A stretch of DNA of 64,000 nt, taken from assembly GCA_040285855.1 (NCBI GenBank), contig JAUFOQ010000006.1, forward strand, positions 310,001 to 374,000, given 5' to 3'. Source of the DNA: Eukaryota sp. GEM-RC1 (Eukaryota). Shown here one piece after another: positions 35,880 to 50,481 of this stretch. Within the stretch, counting starts at the first letter, position 1, and each line of letters begins with the position of its first letter. The notes below the pieces were generated by a model. The model ran no database searches and was not told the DNA's origin. It saw only the letters and a list, made by a program, of their open reading frames with translations. A program made the translations under genes and the position numbers.

Positions 35880-38800
35880 ATGTTCCTGGATCTCCATTTT
35901 GTCGTCTTTTGGGTACTTCTCATCTTGGTCTACGGACAGCTGGACTGCTCCTCTTCAACAGACAGTTCCCCTGATCCCTCTATCGTTTCAAATTCTCTCC
36001 TTCTTCCATCAAATGCTAAGTTTGATTGCTTGCTCTACGAAACAGTATGTCCTTCTTGTAGATGCTCGTTTAATACTGTTGTCCTTCATGGCCCTGTACA
36101 TGATATTCGAGCTGACTTCTTTCTAATCAAGCACAACCTGTTTGTTTGTTCTTCATCTGAAGTTGTATTTTCATCTGTGAAAACTGATCCCTGTTCAACT
36201 CCCCCCTTGTGAACTCAGTCTTGTTTTTGAATCGTCTTTCTCCTTCGTTGTAGATTCCCCTGACATCTCTTTAACTTTAACTTTTGACTCTTCTTCATAC
36301 CCACTTGTGTTACTGTCCTTCTCCCATCTTCTTTTAGACTTTCCTTTGACAGTTTCTGCATCTACTACTCTCCACAATAACATTTCTCTGTCTTCCTCTT
36401 TCTCTTCATCTTCCTTGGTTGTCCCCACTGGTTCTGCTGAAATCTTCTTTACAAATAATGGTTTCTTGTCTCTTCTTCATAGTCCTGAGGTTTCTCCTAA
36501 CTCCACTTTGATTTTGTCATCTAATGACTACTGTAATTTACTAGTAGAAAATGACATTGTTTTATCAAGTTCTGTGATTTTAAATTGTGGACTCAACGTT
36601 TTTGGAACTTCTAAGTTGACAATTGATATCATGTATTTTAGTTGGACAACCACTTATATGATCAATCTATTTGAATCTGCCTCTGTTTATCTCAAGGAGG
36701 GTCTTCTATCAAGTTTGATTGATTACGCGGTCCCATCATTTTTGATTGACACTATGGGCTCTTTTGATCTTGACTGTGACAGCTCTTTTCAATTTTCAAT
36801 AAGTGTGCTTGTTTTGAATAATGGAACGTTTGATCTCGGAGATGGCATTATCACAGTCAATCAATTACTTTGGAACGGAGGATCAATATCCGGAAATATT
36901 TTAAATATATCTGGTGATTTCACTGCTAGTAATACTCCATCATTTGGCGCAAACATCTTAATTCTTTCATCTGACCTTGTGATTGATTTTACTGTTTTTT
37001 TCCACAAATCTGTGCTAGAAATTAGCCACAATATTAATGTTACTATTTATCCCCAGTTTTTTCAATTTACAAGATTTCTAGATTCCACGGTCAATCTCAA
37101 AGGAACCCTCCACATGCCTAGTCCCACTGGGCTACTGTATATCACTGTAGTCTTTCGCGGAGGTCACCTTCATTGTACTCACTGCAGTATTAGATGTAGG
37201 TGGTTTTCAGGATCACTATCAGGGACAATTGTTTTTCGAAATCTTGAAACTGCTATTTCTGATACAACATCCCCTATAGATCTTCGTGAATCCTCTCAGT
37301 TGATCTTCTCAATGTTGACGTTTACTGATTTATATTTGACATGTGGTAATCATTCGTCATTGTCTTTTGGAAATATTCTTCTTAGAGGACGTGTTTCTCT
37401 TTTAAATACGGATCCTTTTGGAAATTGTTTTGTACAGGTGAACAATTTTGCTAATTTAGAGACTTTTTTCTTTTATAGTGAATTGCCGTTTTTTCTGCAT
37501 GGAACGCTGGCTTTGAGCGTACACTTTTTTTCGCTTCCATTTCTATTTTGTAATGGAGTTCTTAATATCGATCAAGGACTGACGGTCAATCAGATCTCTT
37601 TTGGCACGTGTTCAGTATCGGGTAATTTGGTAGTTACGGCATCCCTGCTCTGGACGGAATCTTCTTCATGTTATTATACCAAGGGAATATTGTCTTTGGA
37701 AACAAGTTACGTCCAAACCATGGCTATAGGCTTTGCTGAGTCAACAGTCTTGAAGATTCCTGTTGACCATTCTGTGATAATTGGATCGTCATCATTGCAA
37801 TTTAATAACGAGTTATTCAAGGGGATTTTGGTTGTTGAAGGATCGTTGTTTTTATTAGATGGTGATGATGAGATTTCTGTTGTTCAAAATTCAACAATTT
37901 TTGAAAAGGTGAGCTCTATTGTAGTGATTGCCAATTAGGTACTCTAGTTGTTAGTGGTGGTAAACTAATAGGCAGTTTTATGATAACAGAAGAGCTCATG
38001 ATTGCTGATTATGGAGTTTTAACTATGAACGACTCCTCAACTCTGGTAATTACTGTGTCAACATTGCACAATTTTAGTTTGTATTGTGATCTTAATTGTT
38101 TTATAATTATTCCCCAAAACTCTTCTCTATCATTTCAAAGTACTCTTTCTCTTGACTCTAAGGGTGACCTAATAATTCAAAATTTTGGAAATTTGGTTTT
38201 TACTATCGACAAGGAAGTATTCGTTGGTCCAAATGTAGTAATTCAAAGCTTCAACAGTATTGAGTTCGCTCAGTTTGATTATAACGTAATAATTCCCAAA
38301 TTATACTTGGAAGGTGATTTATTCACTCCAATGTACTTCACTGCACTCCGTCTCCGTATCAATCATTTTGAGTGGTCACGTGGAACAATCATGGGTAATA
38401 TTCACCTTCTCCAATCACTCGCTGTCAATTCTGAAGAAACTTATTATAAAGGCTATGTTTATCTTCTCTCTGTTCCCATTGTTGAATCCAGCTTTGCTTT
38501 AGTGGATCACACCTCCCTACAAATTCCCCCCCAATAGTATCGTCACTTATCCCAATGCTTCAATTCAATTTTCAAATTTTGTCTCTTCCTTGAATATTAG
38601 GGGAACTCTATATTTATATTCAGACAGTCCTTGTATCATTGCTAAGTCACTTAGCATGCCTTCAGGTTTTCTTTATTGTGACTATTGCTCAATTTATGGT
38701 TTTATGATGCAAGATGCCACTCTATCTGGCACTTTCGTCTTAAACAGTTGCCCTGCTCTAGTAGCTGCTAGCTTTATTCACATGATGGACTCTTCTGTTG

Positions 38801-41800
38801 TTTTCTTCCGTTTTGCGTCATGTAGTCGGTTACATTTCAATTGTTTGGGTAATTGTTCTTATATTATTGAGTCACAATCTGATTTGACCATCAGGGATCA
38901 TTTCAGGTCTTATGCTCATGGTGTTGCTATCTATCAAAATTATGGTCATCTCCGTTTAACACTTTCCGTTTATGATGTCTTGTTCACTGTTCTGCAAAAT
39001 TTTAATTTCATGTCAATTTCTGATGTCCAATTTTTCAACCATTCATCTTTATTTGAATCAGTATCATCAACTTTGGAAGTTTCCTTTTCAGAAGTTTATT
39101 TTCTATATTGGGAATCTTCTGATTCTGAGCTTATTGCTGATTCATCAGTGTTATTGGTTGATTCCATGTCAAGTGTGTCTTCTTCATATACGTTGAATCG
39201 TTCTGTTATGATATTTCAAATTTTCAGCCATTTTTCTGGAGAACATTATTTCTCCAATGGAAAGTTCCTTCTTCGTTCGCCTTGTTCATTTGAATCTTCG
39301 TACTTGTCCTTAAATAATTGTACTTTGACCTTTTCTGATAAAGTCAATTTCCCTTCACATTTTAAATTTCAAGATCTCTTAGGGCAAAGTTCAATTGTTT
39401 TCTCCGACTTTAGTTTTCTGTTTGCCAGTAAAGAGATTGTTTTCGATTCTAAGTGTTATTTTCATTCTTCTCTATTCCTAATTGATACAATCATCATTTT
39501 CTTTAGTGATGTTTTTGTTTATGATTCAATTTCTTTGGTAAATTCGACGATCAATTTCTATTCCAATGTGTATTTTTATCAAAGTTCTTCCTTTACTGCT
39601 GATTTACTCAGTAATGTTTATTCAAGTTCTGGTACGGTATATATTGATGGTTATTGGAATCTTTCAAGACTCCGCCATGGCTCGTATGTTTTCTCTCAAA
39701 TGTCCATTTTAAGTATTCATAATATTCAAACATTTGATTGTAACATCACATTTGATGGGACTTATTTTAATACAACTTCACTCTTAGTATCTGCATATAG
39801 TTCTCGCATATTGTTTACTAAATCCATCTTACCCACTATGTTAGAACTCACTATTATTGAGTCTTCGATTTCCTTTGTAAATGTTTCGGATTTAGAACTT
39901 CAAACTGTAGTTTGTTTAAATTCCACATTTGAATTACTTAATTTTGAAATACCGGCTCGTTTTCAAAATGTGATAAATACTTCAAATTGTTTACTCTATT
40001 TTAATTCAGGTTTTCCCATCATTATCCCCCAACTTGATCAGTCGTCTACCACTATTTCAGGTTCTGATGCCGTGATTATACTTGCAAATATTCAAATTTC
40101 TATTATTTATGAATTCGAGTCTTGCTGTCCAACAAAGTACTGTAGTTTTGTCTTGAAGGAAGTCTCTTTTGATCAGCAGCTTATCCAGTTTTCTTTACAA
40201 ACTTTTAATGGAAACTTGGATAGATTTAGTCATTCTAATGATTCATTGTTAGTTGAGAGCTACGACAATTTTGGATATTCACTGAGAGTCTCAATTTTTG
40301 AAGAAATTTCAAATACTTTTATTACCAACGTCTTGGTCTCTGTATGTGCTCCAACATTTGATTTTATTTCCAAACCAAAACCTATGGGTGATGTGTTGGC
40401 AATTATTGGTTCAAACTTTGGATCTCGATGTATTCAATTCATTGTTGAAACTTTAAATTATTCCATTAATGTTCTCCCGTTAAATCATTCAACTTTGAGT
40501 TTTGAAATGGTTCCATATGATGGTTGTCATGATTTCTCCGTGGGTTTTGTTGAAATTCTACCAATTCAAAGTCATTTCTGTTACCAACCTCCTACTATTT
40601 CATCTTTTGAACCACTTACAATTCCTCTTTCAGGATATTTGAAAATTTTGGGTTCAAATTTTGGTGAATTCAGGGTGGACTTACAATTCGTCAATGCAGC
40701 AACGACCTATGAATTCAACACCATCTCGAATAATTTACTTATAATTCAGCTGTTTAGCATATGTTCTGATATCAATAGGGTCAACTTTACCTTAAGCTCT
40801 GGAGGACAAAGTACTTCTGAGTATCAACTGTTTCTTCGTCCTCCAGTAATTTCCACTTTTCCTTCATTTATTAGTAAAACTCATGGATACGTCTATCTTG
40901 AGTCCCCGTATTTATCATATCTATCTAGGTCTAATTGCTTGCCTTTTTTCTCAATCAATTACGTACTTTCTCTCAATTATACTACTGTTGGTAGAGATTA
41001 TCTCGCTGTATATGTTCCTCTTGTCGAGGATGATCATGTATTCACGTTTACTCTTTCCTTTTTCGACGACTTTGATTCCTCTATCGACGTTTCAATCCCA
41101 GTAACCAGAGTTGAAGCCTTACCATTGGATTGGATTTGCTTTGTCAAAGCCAATTGTACTGTAATTTTACAATCGACTGCGGAAAATTTTAATTTCTACG
41201 ATTATTCCATTAATCATGGGTTGAATTTGACTGTGGTTGATTTTATCCTTTTGAGCAAGTCTAAAGCTCAGCTCACGTTTGTTCATGTTAATTCTGGTGA
41301 AGTACCTGAAGTCTTTTTTACTCACAATGATTTAGATATTCAGTTTCAAGTTGCTAATATGCCAATTTTGTCCCAAATTTTAAGTATTTGGCCCTCAACT
41401 TTTCAATTTTTTGACTATCCTACTGTTATACGTGTTGAGATTTCTTGCATTAAATGTGATCTTTTTACAAAACATCAATGGAAAAATACACTACTTGTTG
41501 GTGAATTCAGTTTTTCAACAATAGAGGATCTAAAAACCGATTCTGTTGTAGGTATTGTTGAGATTCCTGCTCCTGGTCTTTTCTATATTCAAACACTAAA
41601 TTACCAAAGTTTAATCATTACAAATTGGACAATTTCATGCCAATCTTTTGTTTCTTATCCTTTGATTGTACCCTTTTCTGCCTATTTTTCGGTAACATTA
41701 TCGTTGTACTTATCTGATTTGCATTTACTTGTAGATGGTATCATCATTAACTTAGCAAAAGGTTCTCAGTCATTAATTAATCATCACTCAAATGCGATTA

Positions 41801-44800
41801 CTCTTTTCAATAATTTGAATTGCATCAGTTTAAATGTTTCGTTTCTGCTCCTTAAGATTGACTTGCCTCAGTTTATAAATGTGGGTCATTTCTATCAATC
41901 ACGTGTTGATTTTTCTAAATTCCTCCATTTTAAAAATACTTCTGCAATTCAAATTTCAGTTCTGCACAGTGATTTGGTCTATGATGTTGACGAATCCTCT
42001 TTAAATTATTCATTGTTTTCTGATATCAGCAAAGCTGACCAATTTATAGTGTCTTTTAAAAATGATGAAAACTTTTGGACTTATTACAAGTCTTTTCAAT
42101 ATGTCGTGTACCCGAATTTTAATTCATCATTAGAAATTTTAAATTTATTTGAATTTTCAACGCTAAATCTCCAATTTGATTTCTACCCTGCTAATACTTC
42201 GTTTCACTTTAAAGGTGTTGAGTTGGACACTGTTGTTGTCCATTCACAACATCTTGAATTGGACTTATCTCCATTAACTTTATTTTTAAAATATCATGTA
42301 ACTGATTTCATTAGTTGGTCGAATCCTTTATATGAGACAACTCATATTGACTGTCTTGATCTCTACTATGTATCAGTAGTGAGTGTGTTTCCTTCGATTT
42401 CATTGTTTGAAACGCGAGATATTGACCTTTTGTTGTGGGTGATTTGCCTGATGTGACTTTTTGTTTGTCGGGTTTTTGATAATACTGTTCCAGCGCAAAT
42501 TTTAAATATTCACCAGGGAATAGCTACCATTCGATGTTCTCAAATCATATCACCTGTTTACCAAGAAACTGTTGAAATTTCAGTCAGTATTTTAAACTAC
42601 CCATCAAACGTGTTTCTTTCAACACATGTCGATGTAGATTCTGTTTTTGCGTCTAATTGTTATGTTGATTCTTTTTATTTGAATTTTCCAAAAATTTCAC
42701 CAGATAATTATGAACTTATTTCAAATTTCACCACCAATTCATCGTTACTTTCCTCTGGAGTTCGTTGTTGTAGTGCCCTAGAAGATTGTTATGTTTTGTA
42801 CCAACTCAATCTTCGTTAAAAATTCAGTTTTCCCACAAATTTGACATTAGATCCATTTCAATTTCATTTCTAAGCAAATGCCATGATACTCATGCAAACT
42901 TGCCTTTTGATATTCTACTTCCTCCTGGAGTAATATCTCATAAGTCATGTTCTTCTTTTCCCAGTGGATTTCTCTCTGCTTCAAAATGTGATGTTGAATT
43001 CGTAAGAAACAGTGTTGTTGTCAATGAATTGCACTTAACCTTTGTAACTGAACTTCAACTTGTAGAATTTGAAATATTTGGATATTCAGAATTTCAATGT
43101 TTTATTCCAGTGAATGAGTCTTTTGGAGAAAATGCTTTTGGACAAACCTTAGAATTTAGTCCTTTATTTGTTTATAACACAAACGTGTATTCTGACCTTA
43201 ACAATTTAATTGTTGACGCTTCATCCGATTTTACACAGCGACTAACCGTTTTTGAAGTGAATTTTCAAATCGTTGATTATACTTGTATTAATTCATTGAT
43301 TCACTATGCACTGACGTTCATCGCCAGTGACGTTTTTTCCATCAAATGTGATGGACTGTCCTTGACCTATGTTGATGTTCAGTCAACAATCACTTTTGAT
43401 TGTTCTTGTCGTGACTATTTAGGGTTTCCAACTTCATGTGATATCCTAAATACTGCTGATGTTATCATTGAATCAAAATTGATTGACGCACATATATTCA
43501 GTTGTCATAATTTCAGTTGTCTTTTCAATGTTTCCACTATTCCGCAATTTCCATTTATCCACGAATTTTCAATTTTTGTAAAACCTCATTCCAATCAAAT
43601 TTCCTATTTTAATTTGACTTTAATCAACCAAATTGAACGTTATTTACTTGTAGATCTGGTTTCTTTCTCCTTATGTGAGCCACTGATTCAGTTTAAAACC
43701 TGTCTTGAGTGTAACTTGTCAATTGCACTGTACTCAAGTCTTCCTTTAACTTCTTCTTCTATTATTCTCACTACAAAGGACGTAGTATTTGTGACTGACA
43801 CATCTCAACGTCTTTCTGTTGTGAATGACTCGGTCATTCAAATTTATACGTTCCCTTCCACCTCATCTCAATCAATTTTGATTGAGTACCAATCATCATC
43901 TTTTAAACTGGAACTTCCTGTTGTTCACTGTTCTTCTTTCATGGAAAATAGAGATGGTTATTGTGACTGTCCTCCCGGACATGTTTTTCAATTTGGCGAC
44001 TGTTCTGTGTGTCCAATTAATTATTTTAAATCTGTTATTATGTTGGATTGTGCCAGATGTCCATTAAATAGAGTTACCCTAAACAATGTTTCTTCGTCTA
44101 CTTCAGACTGTGTTTGTTATCAACATTTGTATGAAAAGAATTCAAGTTGTGTAGATTGTCCTTTCAAAACTAAGTGCCAGTATGGAGCCATTTCAACAGT
44201 TCAAAGTGGTTACTATTTTGATGTAACAGATCATGTCACTTTACGGTGTAATTTTCCCTATTTATGTCAGAATAATTCTTGCGTTTCTTCAGGATTCAAT
44301 GGAATTTTTGATCTTTGTCGTTCATGTAGACCTAACTTTAAGAGAATATTTACATTGTGTTTGGAAATCTCTGTTCTCAATTATGTCGTGTCACTTTTAA
44401 TTAATGTTTTATTTGTTTGTTCTATCTTTGGCTATTTCAGGCACTTTCGTAAAGTTCAAAAAGTTGACGATCAATTGACCATTCGATACTTAAAAAAACG
44501 ATGCCCGTTATTTTCTACTGAATTAAGTGTTCAAAGTGTTTTTCATCTAGTTAATTTTCCTACTCTTTGTCCTTTTTATTAACTGTGGGTGTTAACTTGT
44601 TCTTCTTCCAATCACCTGCAGTTCTATTTCTTTACCTATTTGCTTATATGTTATATCCACTTCCTTTTGTTGAAGAACAATCATTGATTTGCACTACAAT
44701 TCATTTCTGTTTGTTGTATTTAATACTTCGATATTCAGTCAAATTTTTGGATCGTAATGCAAAATACAGAGATCACCAAATATTTAAAAATCATTCATAT

Positions 44801-45265
44801 TTATCCGAATTCACTAATTTACTAATTCTCTTTTATATTGTTATTCTGATTGTAATTGCTCTTGATTTAGCTGACGAAAATCCTGTGCTCTCGATGATTT
44901 CACTGATTTCCGTTATTGTTTTACTTATATTTCTGGTTCTTTCAAAAGTTGTAAGATCTTCTGTTGTTCTTCCCGGTGTTTGTATTTCTATTTTGTTAAT
45001 TATATCGGAATTCTTTTGGGTGAAAGATTGTTTATACTGTCAGGCGGTTTAGTTTTTTGTTTTGCGGTTTTCAAGTATCAAAAACTTCTTAGATACTGGT
45101 GTTTAGCTATTTGTTTACTGTTTTGCCATTTAATGGTGAGCTAAATACCAGAATTTGATTAGTCATCACTTTATCCTTTTGCACACCAATAAAACTCTTT
45201 TTGATCATAACCGAACAAATATCGTTGAAATTAAGAAGATTATTGAAAATCCAATAGTGTTTTAA
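35880..45265 (+). CDS. Very large (~3,100 aa) cell-surface membrane protein: signal peptide, beta-rich repeats, IPT/TIG-like domains, Cys-rich (GCC2/GCC3-like) repeats, multi-pass C-terminus
   Basis: Contiguous plus-strand ORFs from 35844 to 45052; PTISSFEP...ILGSNFG; CPPGHVF..CSVCPINYFK..CARCP; hydrophobic C-terminal helices. Frame breaks at runs such as C6 (36201) and C7 (38526); probable intron 37909-37938. The 3' end is approximate. Confidence 0.75.
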
Positions 45266-45466
45266 GTCATAATCAATTACTAGTACTAGTATGTTCCACT
45301 ATATAATGTTTCTGCCATTGTATTGTTCAATCTACGAATCAATGTGATGCAAGATTTAGGTTAATATCTAATCAACAGTCAGGCTTTGTATCAATTAGAA
45401 AAATTGCAAGTATTTATAAATAACACCATGTACATGTAGAACCGGCCCAGAAAACATCAAAGATAA

Positions 45467-46534
45467 TTAAAAAACTATTGGACAAGTTTCTGCTAATTTT
45501 TTTAAATTTTCCATAACTGGAACCACATCAATTTGAAGCAAACTAGGTTGACATAACAAAAGCTTCACTCTGTACATTTTATCCATAGCAACTGGATTAC
45601 GGCACAAATAGACAGTTTCAAGAGAAGTCATTGGACCAAGTTCTTCTCTGAGCTCTTTCCAATCAGAAATTTGATTGTCATTTAACCAGAGCTCTTCCAA
45701 GTGCCTAAATTTAGAAACTCCTTTAACTGAGGTCAACTTATTCATTGACAAATCAAGAATTCTTAAAGAGTTGCAACACGGATAGATTCCAATCAAATTT
45801 GATATACCGTTCATTGATAGATAGAGTTCTTCTAGATTACGACCAACAGTTTCCAGACCAGTAACTGTAGATATACGATTATTGGCGAGTGAAAGAATTG
45901 AAAGGTTGGAAAGTGAATCTAAATTTTCAATTATTTGAATTTGATTGTTTGCTAACCAAAGAGCTTGTAAATTTTGCAAGTTGTTGAGATTTTCAATTTT
46001 GGAAATCTTGTTGTCTGAAAGTTCTATATTTGCAAGAGATTGGAGATTATCGAGATTTTCAATTTTTGAAATCTGATTTTTAACCAAGAAAAGATTGCGT
46101 AACTCTGGAAAACTTAAATTCTGAATCTTTTGGATTTGATTGAACGATACGTCCAACATTTGTAAATTGACCAACTCATCCATACCTTCAAGAATCTGGA
46201 TTTGGTTTTCATAAAAGTCTAGCTCGGTTACAGAAACCAAATGTGAAATATTCTCAATTTTTGAAATAAGATTCTGACGTAACACGAGTGTAGAGAGATT
46301 TGGAAGGTCAGGGATGTTAGAGATGGTAGAGATTCTATTCCCTGTTAGATGTAAAGCCTCAAGGTGAGTAGGGATGTCGTATTCGGAAGCAATTACTGGA
46401 CAAGGAGCATAAGAGCGGTCTAAGCAAGATTCAAACAAAGAGGGATCGTGTGCAGCAACTGATAGTTCTTCTACAACAAGAGTAACTTCCCCAAACTGTT
46501 GTTCGGATCCTATTGGAGGATGTTGGCAAGACAT
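45467..46534 (-). CDS. SDS22: Protein phosphatase 1 regulatory subunit 7 (Sds22), LRR protein
   Basis: 22-aa SDS22-type LRRs (LVLRQNLISKIENI, LDFYENQI, LDVSFNQIQKIQNL, LEELWLNDNQI, LETVYLCRNP). Start placed at MSCQH; the ORF is open further upstream to 46687. Confidence 0.85.
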   Translation of the reverse strand: MSCQHPPIGSEQQFGEVTLVVEELSVAAHDPSLFESCLDRSYAPCPVIASEYDIPTHLEALHLTGNRISTISNIPDLPNLSTLVLRQNLISKIENISHLVSVTELDFYENQIQILEGMDELVNLQMLDVSFNQIQKIQNLSFPELRNLFLVKNQISKIENLDNLQSLANIELSDNKISKIENLNNLQNLQALWLANNQIQIIENLDSLSNLSILSLANNRISTVTGLETVGRNLEELYLSMNGISNLIGIYPCCNSLRILDLSMNKLTSVKGVSKFRHLEELWLNDNQISDWKELREELGPMTSLETVYLCRNPVAMDKMYRVKLLLCQPSLLQIDVVPVMENLKKLAETCPIVF

Positions 46535-48449
46535 TGGATGTAAGAATTGTTTACTTTTCATGTCTCTGAACAGTATAGCTTTGATGCAGCTACGTTGAGC
46601 TGACTTTCCTCTATAGATGCTGTTTTCTATGTTACTCTTTCCCCATATCTTGAATGAAACTATTCTTATCTTCGTGATTCTCATCACCGCCTTTCTCCAA
46701 TGCTATTCTTCCTCGAACTACTCCGATGTCTCTCGTTACGGTAGTAGTCATCCTACCTAGTCAAATTCCCCGGCACAATGCTTTTGATTGCGGACTCTGC
46801 TTACAAGGAACCATTCTACTCATCTTCTTCTGCAGTAGCAACGTTCTTTATTGACCTAAGCACATACCTTGTCATCTTCTACCAAACACGTGTTTTTTCT
46901 ATGTTCGTTGACTTCTCGTGACGTGACATTGAATACAACCGATCCATGATGTTACTAGATATTCCTTCTTTTCTCTAGAGAAAAGAAGTTCTGGCGACAT
47001 TAAGTTTTTTATTGTTTCAACATTTAGTCTGAGTGATTGGATTGTGGTTGTTTCGGATTTAAGAAGGCCGTGTTAAGAAGTGTCGACACGTGTTAGTAGT
47101 GACACGGGTGTGCTCACTCTAGTCTGATTCAAAAAGCAATTTTTTGAATTTAGATGAGTATATTTATATTACTCATCAATATTTGAATTATTCAGTAAGT
47201 TATTGTTTTTATTTACGTGTAGTACTTACTTTTGTCAGTGTACGTACTTTTGTTGGACGAATAACTAATCTGATTGTTTGTAAACCTTTGTGTAAATTCA
47301 CATGTGTCTGAATGTTGTTGATTTTTTGAGTTAGCCATTAATCCATTGAAGACTAACTTGATCCATTTGTACAATAGTTGATTCGTTTTCTTACTAGTCA
47401 TGTTCGAAATTGATGAAGTTCTTTCTAAAGGATTGCGTAGCTCCTTGGATTTGTATATTCTAAACAATAACAAAGATCACTTCCAAGGAGTGTTTTGATG
47501 AGATGAAGGATACATTCATGTGGGATTGTAGTACATTTTTCATGGTAAAGTTGTGTGAAACTGACACAGTCTTTTGGTGGTCCATGAATGTGTTTGACGT
47601 CACATTGACAATCTGTTAAAATCTTAATTGAGGGCTTGTGATCCAAAATTGTTGATCAGCTTTCTTAAACTTCGCCAAATGTCTACTGCTATTCTTGAAC
47701 CAATCAGAATCCCTCTTGTTCTTTGAAGAAAGTGTCAGGAGACTTTCCAGTAATCTTCTTCAGAGGACCTCTTTTGATTGTTTGCATGCTTCTACTAACA
47801 GTGATTTGTCCGCTTTTTCGAGTCTGTTTTCATTTAATAAACTCATTTTACACTCAATTTGTTGTCATCTAGTCTTTCTTCAAAGATATTCAGCGCTTCA
47901 GTTTTTGCTTCCAGTGGTTTGAACGATATGTTGGGATTGCCTTTTCCTTTAGCGGTTATTTCCTTGTGGACTTCAATTTCATCAGGAATGTTATCGTTTA
48001 CAAGTACTTTCTACATCGTTCGAACCTGCTTTAGGCTTTAAAGTTGCAAAGGAAGCCACAAGGGGTGATGGTGAATGGATAGATACAGGAAGCGTGTGTT
48101 AAATAGGGATTTAGATCTTCGCAGTCTAAATCTCCCCCATAAATACACAGCGTATTTAATGGTTTTTATTTATTGTTAATTGGTAAATGTGAGAAAAAGT
48201 ACTTTTGTGAAGGTCAAATCTACAACTCTCGGTTTATCCTCAAGAAACAAAAGTCCTTATGCCACTAACATTCATTTGATTTCCTTGATGTTTCTTTTTT
48301 ATACCATCTGACAAATCTAAATAGGTAAAAAATAGGACAAATGACTGGAACATCTTGCAAATGAGGAACTTTTTTCAATGCGTAAAGACATGGAGAATTT
48401 AATAGAGTTTTCCTTCAGTTCAGTAGAGAATTATTTTGTTATTATACAA

Positions 48450-48745
48450 CACCAAAATAGAATGGTTAAAAGATGGCTCTTCGTACTTTCAGAATACCAA
48501 TTCGACATCGTACACACATCTGGAGTTGACAACCACTGGGCAGACATGCTCTCACGGTTATGTCCTCACCAATCTCCCACTCAGCAATCCGCTGCACAAC
48601 CTACTGATGATCCAGTAGCCGTTACAAGAATTGATCACACCGATCCCCCATCAATGAACAGTCTCCGTGAAATTGCACTACGAGATCTCCCAATCTTCAG
48701 TCATTGGTTGAGCAGAATCCGTTTCGAACAATTCAAAGCGATTAG
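48450..48745 (+). mobile_element. Ty3/gypsy LTR retrotransposon pol fragment (end of RNase H)
   Basis: RWLFVLSEYQFDIVHTSGVDNHWADMLSRL matches RW...L.eydf.i.h..G..N..AD.LSR. Confidence 0.8.
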
Positions 48746-50481
48746 ATTGAACTCGAACAAGAACTGGTTCGAAGAAGGAGAAGAAGTAGTGTAGATTATC
48801 ATAGTATGAGAATCGTATAATAATATTAGGCGACTACTTTTCGGAATTAGGTAGTTCGTTTGATAATTTGTTTTAATAGTGTTTATTTATTTGTTGTTTT
48901 CTTGTGTGTTTTTCTGCGCACATAAATCCGTTTATATTATAATAATATACACACCTTAATTTCATTTCTTGTATGTCCACTAACACCCTTGATGTCTTAT
49001 ATTATGAAACTAACTAAATTGACAACTTGCCACACATAGTAACACGACAATTTTATCACATACCTCCTTCATATTCCTTCGAAGAAGAACGAGGAACTCC
49101 TGGATACCCTGCGTCAAACTACAAATGATGTCGTCATCGTTTGATGACATATGATCGTATGGTTATTCTAATACATCTTATTTCCAACACTGTTCATCCT
49201 GTCACCGATAGGCAACGTTGACAATATATAGAAGAAGTATTTATTGTTAAAAGAGAAATACTTATGACGAAGTGCCACATCATCAGAAGTGAAGATATAA
49301 ACTAGGAATCACGATCTTCACTAACACTCACTTTTAAACAGTTCTTCATGCTTCATCTTCTAAACTACAGTTTTTTTTAAAATTACTTCCACTACTGAAA
49401 AGCAGTATGAACACAAATAACCATGAGGCAAACATCAAACGGAAGAAATAGTCAAAATCATTTTACAATCAACTTGTTAAAGAAAAAAAGACATAAATTA
49501 TCTACTAGAAAGACATTGGATGGGTTAGGTGGAATCAGTGAACGCTAACTTCACTAGTTCTATCATGTGTTAAGTCGTAAAATTAGGATTAACGATAAGG
49601 AGCAAGTGGGATACTGACAGATTGTCAATACCAAAGGACACCATAAATCGTTTTTTGGTCAGTATTAGCGTGACTCTGAGGGTTTTGTCATAAGAGAAAA
49701 CAAGTAATTTGATTACAACCATTGCTTTCCGTGTACAACAAACCTCGACTTATGTCACAATTCTCAATTCAAATCATGTGTGTGTGTGTTGATCTATCAA
49801 AAACAAAGGACTGTTTCAATTAAAGGTTCAACTGAAAAGTCGTTTTACATTAACCAATAGAACAAATACTCTAATGCACAGATGTCACTTTGTCTATGTA
49901 GTCAACATTTATCCATGAATTTGACCACATTGATTAACTAAAAATAATAAATAATAATAATTCGGTAGTAGCTTTATTTTCAAATACTTAAGGCTGGATA
50001 GATGTAAATGTATGTTTATTTCACCTACAGTACATAAAAGCAGTAATCATGTGAAAATGCATTCTGCTGCTGAAAGAATGAAATGCGCCGTTTTAGAAGT
50101 CCCGCACAGGGATGTAGAGTAAGCGCAGGGATGAATGTATAGAATGAGCAACTGTATTTATCGTAGAACTAGAAACCAGGAAAATGTCTTGCCACGCAAA
50201 CACGTAACACGCGTGTTAAAACGTGTTAGATTCGATTTTTGAACGTGTTAGCGTTCACTGCATAAAAGTCGTGTGTTAAGTAAACAAGTATAGTTCTAGT
50301 TTATACAAAAACTAACTGTTTAATTAACTTTAATAAGACAGTCTGCTGTACTGCACCAACGGAACTTATCCAAAGTACTCAGAAAGTATCCCAAAAAACA
50401 AATTAAATACAAAACAATCACCAAACAGTGTTAAAAACACTCTACCAATACACTAAAAGACTATAAACCATCCCCATTTCT

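Noticed and set aside
2557..45265. Widespread programmed ribosomal frameshifting or mass pseudogenisation
   Set aside because: Most localisable breaks fall in homopolymer runs, in both directions, and affect essential genes such as RPL30. A sister repeat unit shows the missing base directly. Long-read indel error is the simpler explanation; short-read polishing would settle it.
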